From assembly GCF_000284115.1 (NCBI RefSeq), contig NC_017080.1:690001-722000 (forward strand): DNA of 32,000 bases. Reading direction: 5' to 3'. Every line of letters starts with the position of its first letter. Position 1 is the first letter of the stretch. The translations under genes were made by a program, and so were the position numbers. This stretch comes from Phycisphaera mikurensis NBRC 102666. Lineage in GTDB: Bacteria > Planctomycetota > Phycisphaerae > Phycisphaerales > Phycisphaeraceae. The notes below the pieces were generated by a model. The model did no database searches. It worked only from the letters and a program-made list of their open reading frames with translations, and was not told where the DNA came from. This document shows positions 26,567-32,000 of the stretch, in pieces.

Positions 26567-27038
26567 CGATCTCCTCGGCGGTGGCGCGGCCCCGGTGGAA
26601 GCTCCAGCGGCGGAAGCGGACCTCCACCCGCTCCACCTCCCCGTACCGGCCGCCCCCGCGGGCGTGAGCGATCATCCACGCCGGCGTCTCCACCGGCCGC
26701 CCGGCTTCGAAGTCGCGGCGGAGGCTGCGCAGCGGGATGTGGATCGTGCTGGTGGGCAGCGGGTCCAGGAAGGCCGCGGGCTCCACGTCGCGGTGGGAGC
26801 CGTCGGGCGCGTACACCCGCAGGAAGGGCTCGAGCTTGTGGACCACCTCCTCCCAGGCGATGCCCTCGTCCTTGAAGGAGGGCATCATCAGCGCGGGGTA
26901 GAACTCGTGCCGCACCACGTGCTTGATCGCGAGCATCTGGACGATCACGAGGATCGGCACGGCCAGCAGGCCCCAGGCGAGGCGGCGGGCTCGGCGGAGG
27001 TCGGTCTCGGGCCGGTCCGTTTGCCGCGGGAACGCCAT
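26553..27038 (-). CDS. N-terminally membrane-anchored hypothetical protein (161 aa)
   Basis: ATG complement at 27036-27038. MAFPRQTDRPETDLRRARRLAWGLLAVPILVIVQMLAI is a TM anchor. Its 3' end overlaps the downstream membrane-protein start by 14 nt. It is the C-terminal part of the spurious 1313-aa ORF. Confidence 0.65.
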   Translation of the reverse strand: MAFPRQTDRPETDLRRARRLAWGLLAVPILVIVQMLAIKHVVRHEFYPALMMPSFKDEGIAWEEVVHKLEPFLRVYAPDGSHRDVEPAAFLDPLPTSTIHIPLRSLRRDFEAGRPVETPAWMIAHARGGGRYGEVERVEVRFRRWSFHRGRATAEEIDAPA

Positions 27039-27048
27039 GCCGCCGAGC

Positions 27049-27215
27049 CTAGCAGGCCGCTGCAGAACCCCATCGGGGCTGCGAGCGGGCAGAATCGCGT
27101 CTCGCTTCGTCGAGCGTGACCCACGTAGTAGACGGCTACGCGGGTCCCGCTCTCCTCGCGAGACACGATTCTGCCGCGCTCTCGCCTGACGCGAGGTTCT
27201 GCAGCGGCCTGCTAG
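27049..27215. repeat. Long near-perfect palindrome H1 (167 bp)
   Basis: 21-bp perfect outer stem: CTAGCAGGCCGCTGCAGAACC (27049-27069) pairs with GGTTCTGCAGCGGCCTGCTAG (27195-27215). Inner paired blocks are GGCAGAATCG.GTCTCGC and GAGCG.GACCC. Apical hairpin CGTAG-TAGACGG-CTACG. Confidence 0.85.
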
Positions 27216-27216
27216 A

Positions 27217-27366
27217 GCATCGTGCGCAATCTTCCGATCGGCCTGCGTCCGCGCGTCGTGTTCCTCGTGAGGAGGCGGAGCAGCCCTGCCCCTGCAGGGC
27301 GATGCAGCCGACGAAGCGAGGGGCACAACTCGCCCGCAGAGGCGATCGGAAGATTGCGCACGGTGC
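27217..27366. repeat. Long palindrome H2 (150 bp), related to H1
   Basis: 20-bp perfect stem: CGTGCGCAATCTTCCGATCG (27221-27240) pairs with CGATCGGAAGATTGCGCACG (27343-27362). Apical GCCCTGC-CCC-TGCAGGGC. Shares CTCGCTTCGTCG with H1 (27100-27111), present as its reverse complement at 27308-27319. Confidence 0.85.
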
Positions 27367-27367
27367 G

Positions 27368-28780
27368 CTAACGGGCGGCTTCCGCGCCCGCGGCCCGCAG
27401 CCGCCAGACGCGGTGCCGCGCGTCGCCGAGGCCGGCGTCCTCCTCCCACACGGCCGCCGGTGGCTCCCGCGCCGCCACCGCCCGCACGACGCCCGCGGCG
27501 AGCTCGGCGGAGCGGCCGGCCCAGGGCGTGCCCGCGGTGGCGACGTGGCGGCGGACCAGCGACGCGTCGGCGTCGTCGTCCGCGTCCTCGCCGAGGTGGG
27601 CCACCACGCCGGCGGGCTCGGTGAAGCGGGGGCACAGGCCGCCGGCGATGAAGCCGTACATGTCGGTGGTCCCGCCGAAGTCGAAGCTGCAGACCCGGCG
27701 GCCCGTGGCGGCGGCCTCGAGGAGCACGCCGGAATCCCCCGCGACGAGCCCGCCGACGCCGGCCAGGAAGACCGCGGCGGGCTCGGCGGTGGCGTCCGAG
27801 AAGCCGAGTCCCAGGCGCTCGGCGAGCTCGTGCTGGGCCGCGAGGGCGTCCCCCTGCGTCCGCGGGTGCGGGCGGAGGCGGAGCGTGCGGCCGGGCCAGC
27901 GGGTCCGCATCGCCGCGAGCAGGCGCTCGACGGACGCGAAGGGGTCGAGCATGTTGGTGCACACGCCAAGCGCCGCCGGCCGCTGCCCCGCCCCGGCCCG
28001 GGGCAGCGCATCGAAGCGGGCCGGCCCGGCGAGGAACGCCTCGGTCCGCTTGCCCGCCGGCCAGAACGACGGCGGGGGGGTGCGGGCCGCGGCCGCGCGG
28101 TACCGCTCCAGCGTGTCGACGCCGTCGAGCAGCGCCGCGTCGAAGGCCAGCGGCGGCGAGCAGGCCATCACGGTCGCGTGCTGGGCGTAGACGCAGGGCA
28201 CGCCCGCCAGCGCCGCCGCGGCCTGCCAGGCCCGCGTGGAGTGGCTGTGGTCGTTGGCGATCACCACCGCACGCACCCCGCCGCGACGCATCCACCGCCC
28301 CAGCATCCACGCCCAGCCGGGCAGGTGCAGGTACGCGTCGGCCGCCCAGCCGAAGCTCCGCCTCCCGTACGCCCCCGCGCGGCGGCCGGCCGCGGCGACA
28401 CCCGGCAGCGCCAGCGGGGCGAGCAGGAAGGGCACCGGGTGCCGCCACCCCCGCGAGCGGTCCGCGTCGTCGGGGGTGAGGAGCAGGCGCGGCGTGTCGG
28501 CGAGCCGCGCGTCGATGGCCCGCAGCGCCGCGTGCTGGTTCCCCGTCGACGCGACCAGCACCACGGGCGCCGCTTCGGGCAGCAGCGCCGGCCGCCGCCA
28601 GGCCCGCGATCCCCGCTTGCCCAGGAGCCGCAGCCGGCCCCGCACGCCCACCGCCTGCCGGGGCGCCGGGCCGAAGATCCCCGGCCGGCTGGCCCGGTAG
28701 GTCGGGCCCATCTCCTCCCGCGAGGCCTCCCAGGCGATCTCCAGCGGGTCCTGGCGCAGGCAGCGGAGGAGGTGACGCAC
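27368..28780 (-). CDS. Putative GT-B fold glycosyltransferase / capsule-biosynthesis-like protein (possibly CMP-sugar dependent)
   Basis: 470-aa ORF with high GC3. Rossmann-like VVLVASTGNQ and VVIANDHSHS, RLRPHPR (HP motif) and VAGDSGVLLEAAATG. Family assignment is weak. GTG start 28780; alternative ATG at 28711. Confidence 0.6.
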   Translation of the reverse strand: MRHLLRCLRQDPLEIAWEASREEMGPTYRASRPGIFGPAPRQAVGVRGRLRLLGKRGSRAWRRPALLPEAAPVVLVASTGNQHAALRAIDARLADTPRLLLTPDDADRSRGWRHPVPFLLAPLALPGVAAAGRRAGAYGRRSFGWAADAYLHLPGWAWMLGRWMRRGGVRAVVIANDHSHSTRAWQAAAALAGVPCVYAQHATVMACSPPLAFDAALLDGVDTLERYRAAAARTPPPSFWPAGKRTEAFLAGPARFDALPRAGAGQRPAALGVCTNMLDPFASVERLLAAMRTRWPGRTLRLRPHPRTQGDALAAQHELAERLGLGFSDATAEPAAVFLAGVGGLVAGDSGVLLEAAATGRRVCSFDFGGTTDMYGFIAGGLCPRFTEPAGVVAHLGEDADDDADASLVRRHVATAGTPWAGRSAELAAGVVRAVAAREPPAAVWEEDAGLGDARHRVWRLRAAGAEAAR

Positions 28781-28796
28781 GCGGGCGAGAAGCTAC

Positions 28797-28841
28797 CCGC
28801 GGCCGGGCCCGGGCCGGGTCGGCATCCCGTACGGTCCGCGG
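28797..28841. repeat. 46-bp hairpin repeat, copy G (1-nt deletion in left arm)
   Basis: CCGCGG-CCG (28797-28805), 26-nt loop, CGGTCCGCGG (28832-28841). Flanks ACC/GGT extend the stem. Lies between divergent starts 28780 and 28842. Confidence 0.8.
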
Positions 28842-29822
28842 GTGCCCCGCCCCGCTCCCCTGCCACGCGTCGCGGCCGTGCTCGTGCTCCGCAACGAGGA
28901 GCGGTTCCTCCGCGAGCACCTCGCCTGGCACCGCGCGGTCGGCGTCGAACGCTTCTACGCGTTCCTGGACCGCTGCACCGACGCCACGGCGCAGATCGTC
29001 GCGGGAGCCGACGACGTGGAGGTCCGCGAGCGGGACCGCGGCGAGGAGCACGCCTGGATGAGCGCCTACCAGACCGAGCGGATGGACGAGGCGTTGGCGC
29101 TCGCCGCCGCCGACGGCTTCGACTGGCTGCTGCACGTCGACGCCGACGAGTTCGCCCGCGGCGGGGGGCCGGGCGGCGACCCCGCCGAGCGGGACGCGCT
29201 CCCGCGGCTGTGCGCGCGGGCGGACCGGTGGGCGAGCCGGCTGCGCACCCGCGGCCGGCGGGTCGACCAGGTGATCCTGCGGCCGTCCGAGGCGGTGCCC
29301 GAGCGGGGCGCGGTTCCGGGCTCGTGGGCCGAGCGGGCGTGGTTCCAGGACGGCGGGGCCCTCGAGCGGGACGTGCTCGACCCCGCCGACGGGCGGGTCC
29401 GCCGGCTCGACCACCTCATCGGCGCCAGCCGCGGGAAGAGCCTGGTCCGCATCGTGGCCGGCGCCCGCGCCGCCAGCGCCCACCACTGGACCGCCGCCGA
29501 CGGCTCGCCGCTGGCGACCCGCCGCGACGGCCTGCACCACCACTACGTCGTGACCGACGCCGCCCACTGGCGGGAGAAGTACCGCAAGTTCGCCGAGTAC
29601 CCCGACCACTGGCAGAAGGGCAACGCCGTGCAGTTCCCCAAGCAGGCCTGGAAGGAGGCGAGCACGCGGCTGAGCGACGACGAGGCCGCGGCCTATTTCG
29701 AGCGTTGGGTCGCGGCCGATCCGGCCCTCCTGGTCGAGGGTCCGCACCTCGTGCACGACCCCACGATCCGCGACTTCGTGCGCGGGCTCGGCCTCCCGCC
29801 GCTGCGCCCAGCCGCCGCCTGA
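28842..29822 (+). CDS. Glycosyltransferase family 2-like protein (Glyco_tranf_2_4 type)
   Basis: GTG 28842. AAVLVLRNEERFLREHLAWHRAVGVERFYAFLDRCTD and LLHVDADEF (DxD-like). Confidence 0.7.
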   Translation: MPRPAPLPRVAAVLVLRNEERFLREHLAWHRAVGVERFYAFLDRCTDATAQIVAGADDVEVRERDRGEEHAWMSAYQTERMDEALALAAADGFDWLLHVDADEFARGGGPGGDPAERDALPRLCARADRWASRLRTRGRRVDQVILRPSEAVPERGAVPGSWAERAWFQDGGALERDVLDPADGRVRRLDHLIGASRGKSLVRIVAGARAASAHHWTAADGSPLATRRDGLHHHYVVTDAAHWREKYRKFAEYPDHWQKGNAVQFPKQAWKEASTRLSDDEAAAYFERWVAADPALLVEGPHLVHDPTIRDFVRGLGLPPLRPAAA

Positions 29823-29848
29823 CCGCTTCTCACCGATCCCGTCTCCCC

Positions 29849-29857
29849 GAAGGAAGG
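29849..29857 (+). promoter_or_regulatory. Shine-Dalgarno-like GAAGGAAGG, 7 nt upstream of ATC 29865
   Basis: Purine-rich GAAGGAAGG sits in an otherwise C-rich spacer at canonical spacing to the first plausible initiation position of the cytidylyltransferase. Confidence 0.45.
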
Positions 29858-29864
29858 TCCACCG

Positions 29865-30566
29865 ATCGCCACCCCCACCTACACCGCCGTCATCCCCGTC
29901 CGCGCCGGCAGCCGCCGCCTCAAGAACAAGAACATCGCGCCCTTCGGCGGCACGAACCTCCTGCTCTACAAGATCGCCCAGCTGCAGCGGGTCAAGGCCA
30001 TCGACCGCATCGTCGTCTCCTCCGACTCCGACGCGATGCTCGAGATGGCCGCCAACGCGGGCGCCGCCACCCACCGGCGGGCGCTGGAGTACTGCGACGA
30101 GAAGACCCGCAGCTTCGGCGAGGTCGTCCGCCACATCGCCGAGAGCGTCGAGGGCGAGCACGTGCTCTGGGCCACCTGCACCTCGCCGCTCGTGTTCCCG
30201 ACCGCCTACGCCCGGGCCTTCTCCGCCTACGAGCAGGCGCTCGCCGAGGGTTACGACTCGCTGATGTCGGTCTACACCTTCCGCCGCTACCTCTGGAACG
30301 CGGAGGGCCCGCTCAACTACGAGCTGGGCCTCAAGCACGTGCCCTCGCAGCAGCTCCCGCCGCTGCAGTTCGTGACCGACGGCATCCTGATCGCGCCGCG
30401 TCAGCGGATGATCGAGTGGTCCTACTTCCACGGCCCCAACCCGCACCGCTTCGAGGTCACCAAGCGGGAGGCCGTCGACATCGACGACACCCACGACCTG
30501 CTGGAGGCCCGCGCCCTGCTCGACACCGACCCCTCGGTGATGGAACGCGACCCGTACTTCACGTAG
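29865..30566 (+). CDS. Acylneuraminate (CMP-nonulosonate/CMP-sugar) cytidylyltransferase family protein; start codon unresolved
   Basis: TAVIPVRAGSRRLKNKNIAPFGGTNLL (CTP-binding N-terminal motif), TCTSPL, SQQLPPLQFVTDGILIA and AVDIDDTHDLLEA match NeuA-type enzymes. The first ATG/GTG/TTG is at 30036, downstream of the essential motif. ATC 29865 is proposed as the start. Confidence 0.7.
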   Translation: MATPTYTAVIPVRAGSRRLKNKNIAPFGGTNLLLYKIAQLQRVKAIDRIVVSSDSDAMLEMAANAGAATHRRALEYCDEKTRSFGEVVRHIAESVEGEHVLWATCTSPLVFPTAYARAFSAYEQALAEGYDSLMSVYTFRRYLWNAEGPLNYELGLKHVPSQQLPPLQFVTDGILIAPRQRMIEWSYFHGPNPHRFEVTKREAVDIDDTHDLLEARALLDTDPSVMERDPYFT

Positions 30567-30639
30567 CGCGGTCGCGAGGCCGCTCCACGTGCTCGGGAGA
30601 GAATCGCAAGGAGCGAGCGGGCGGTGCCGTGCCGCCGTG

Positions 30640-31335
30640 TCAGGCGGCGGGCGAGCGCGTCGCGACCAGGTCCGGGTGCCGCGGCAGCCGCTGCGCTCCG
30701 TCGGGCAGCCGCGGCCAGCAGGTCAGCATCGCCCGGTAGAACCGCATCCGGTCGCTACGCGTGATCCCCGCCGCCGCCGGATCGGGCGCTTGCGATGCCG
30801 CCGCGTTCAGCGTCCTGAGCAGCGTGAGCAGCATCGGCAGCGACATCATCACCAGCGGGATCCCGCGGGCCCCCCGGAAGCCGGGCGTGTCGAGGATCCG
30901 CACCTCGTCGAGCCCCGCGCCCAGCACCAGGTTGCTCGCCTTGTGGTCCCGGTTGCGGATGCGCTGGTAGAGGATCTTCCCCGTCAGCACGCCCGCCTGC
31001 CGCGTCACCCGGTGCCGCGTCGCCGGGTCGTCCAGCCGGCCCGCCGCGACGGCGTCGTGCAGGCTCGGCCCCGCGTGCGGCGTCGCCACCCACGAGCGGC
31101 CCTGCTCGTCCACGCCCGAGGCGATCACCGGCACCGTCGGCACGCCCGCCGTCGCCAGCTTCTCCGCCCACTGCACCTCCTTCTGCGCCGGATGAACCCC
31201 CAGCCGCCGCGTCAGCGCCTGCTTCCACCGCGGGTGCTCGTAGCGCTTGAAGACCTCGTCGCCGCTGCGCCAGACCGTCGATCGACCGTCGCGCTTGAGG
31301 ACCTGGCCGTCGCGGGGGGGCGGGGGGAGCTGCAC
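30640..31335 (-). CDS. Lipopolysaccharide kinase (Kdo/WaaP) family protein
   Basis: VLKRDGRSTVWR...VFKRYEHPRW and the catalytic-loop-like RNRDHKASNLVL. GTG start at 31335 preferred. The ORF extends to a TTG at 31425 through a C-rich repeat that is probably not coding. Confidence 0.75.
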   Translation of the reverse strand: MQLPPPPRDGQVLKRDGRSTVWRSGDEVFKRYEHPRWKQALTRRLGVHPAQKEVQWAEKLATAGVPTVPVIASGVDEQGRSWVATPHAGPSLHDAVAAGRLDDPATRHRVTRQAGVLTGKILYQRIRNRDHKASNLVLGAGLDEVRILDTPGFRGARGIPLVMMSLPMLLTLLRTLNAAASQAPDPAAAGITRSDRMRFYRAMLTCWPRLPDGAQRLPRHPDLVATRSPAA

Positions 31336-31366
31336 GCGCGGAAGGTAGAGGCAGAGGGGCGCAGGG

Positions 31367-31390
31367 GCGGGGAGGCGGGGAGGCGGGGAG
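31367..31390. repeat. Tandem octamer (GCGGGGAG)x3 within a G4-type run
   Basis: Three exact tandem GCGGGGAG units. Five GGGG tracts lie between 31356 and 31388 with loops of 1-4 nt. Confidence 0.7.
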
Positions 31391-31501
31391 ACGATCAGCT
31401 GAACCGACGCAGACGGCCGAAGCAAGCCGTCGCCTGCCCCTGCCTTGCTCTCTCCTTCGGTCTTCCTCCCGCTCTTCCCGCTGCTTTACCCTCCCGCCCC
31501 C

Positions 31502-32000
31502 GTGCGGATCTGCCTGTTCACCCCCACCTTCTATCCGCACGTCGGCGGCGCCGAGCTCGACGCCGACCTCATCGCCCGCGGCCTCGTCGCCCGCGGCCAC
31601 CGCGTCACGGTGCTGACGCAGAAGCTGAAGGCCGGCCCGCCGCCGGCCGACCTCCCGTACCCGGTGGCCTTCTACCGGCGGCTCTTCAAGCAGCACCGCC
31701 TGCCCGCTGCGCCCGCGCTCGCCCTGCACCGCCTGCACAAGCGGGAGCGATTCGACGCGGTGCTGGCCTTCTACAGCTACCCCTGCGGCTACGCGGCGGT
31801 GCGGTGGGGCCGCCGCGAGCGGCGGCGCGGCCGCGAGCGGCCCGGGATCGTGCTCTCGCCGCGCGGCGGCGACCTATACCCCCGCTTCCACGGGCTCAAG
31901 AAGCGGGGCGTGCCGGAGGTGATCGCCAAGGGATACCGCGCCGCCGACCGCATCGTCAGCATCAGCGCGTGGATCAGCGACCGCCTGCGGGAGGTCTGCG
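31502..32000 (+). CDS. Glycosyltransferase family 4, N-terminal part (3' end outside window)
   Basis: GTG 31502, then RICLFTPTFYPHVGGAELDADLIARGLVARGHRVTVLTQ (GT4 N-terminal G-rich motif). Open to the window end in this frame. Absent from the ORF track because it has no stop. Confidence 0.75.
   Translation, partial: MRICLFTPTFYPHVGGAELDADLIARGLVARGHRVTVLTQKLKAGPPPADLPYPVAFYRRLFKQHRLPAAPALALHRLHKRERFDAVLAFYSYPCGYAAVRWGRRERRRGRERPGIVLSPRGGDLYPRFHGLKKRGVPEVIAKGYRAADRIVSISAWISDRLREVC

Noticed and set aside
26553-27038. Calling the 161-aa protein SdpA and the neighbour SdpB (antimicrobial-peptide maturation system).
   Set aside because: Size and gene order resemble sdpAB. However, I see none of the SdpA-type motifs I recall and no SdpC-like substrate gene. 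The membrane protein looks like canonical HTTM rather than the SdpB subtype. The evidence is insufficient to name it.
27049-27366. Integron attC sites or gene-cassette boundaries.
   Set aside because: No RYYYAAC / GTTRRRY core sites at the ends, no integrase or attI, and the flanking genes are ordinary glycan-cluster genes rather than cassettes.
5845-28841. Reading the repeat-26 nt-repeat units as CRISPR-like (constant-length variable spacer between repeats).
   Set aside because: The repeats are inverted rather than direct. Units are single and dispersed over 27 kb rather than arrayed. No cas genes or leader are present. A hairpin/REP-like interpretation fits better.
29820-29822. TGA recoded as selenocysteine or programmed read-through fusing the GT2-like and cytidylyltransferase proteins.
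   Set aside because: I could not recognise a SECIS-like hairpin immediately downstream. The SD-like GAAGGAAGG plus ATC at ideal spacing gives a simpler explanation. Read-through is kept only as an alternative in the finding.
1-32000. tRNA, rRNA, tmRNA, SRP RNA, riboswitches, transposases, integrases and toxin-antitoxin or defence genes.
   Set aside because: I looked for T-loop (GGTTCGAATCC-like) motifs, conserved SRP or rRNA strings and nuclease, ATPase or recombinase motifs. None were found by eye, although I cannot run covariance models.

Overview
Very GC-rich window (about 70% or more by eye), densely coding, 28 supportable CDSs on both strands. No rRNA, tRNA, CRISPR array, transposase or phage gene was recognised. 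Gene content points to a Planctomycetota-type genome, possibly Phycisphaerae-like (inference). Supporting this are two prepilin-type N-terminal methylation / H-X9-DG (DUF1559-like) proteins, three PEP-CTERM proteins, and DUF1570 and DUF1194 proteins. Housekeeping genes are manA, ppc, lipA and fbp. Two LPS/glycan-type sub-clusters are present. The first is GT9 heptosyltransferase, GT4 and manA at 4.8-8.0 kb. The second runs from 21.8 to 32 kb: GT4, MsbA-like ABC exporter, polytopic membrane protein, putative CMP-sugar-type GT-B, GT2-like protein, CMP-sugar cytidylyltransferase, LPS kinase and GT4. The most unusual signal is non-coding. A dispersed 46-bp hairpin repeat, CCGCGGACCG-N26-CGGTCCGCGG, occurs at least 7-8 times with a constant 26-nt but sequence-variable loop, and almost every copy is intergenic. 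I cannot assign it to a named repeat family. Other observations follow. Two adjacent, related long palindromes of about 150-167 bp fill one intergenic gap. The cytidylyltransferase's essential N-terminal motif lies upstream of any ATG/GTG/TTG, in frame with the upstream gene's stop, behind a strong SD and an ATC codon. LipA carries an in-frame insertion of about 93 aa. An AT-rich double ATTG-N4-CAAT palindrome lies upstream of a PEP-CTERM gene. No classical defence or mobile system is visible. All family assignments are from motif reading, not database searches.
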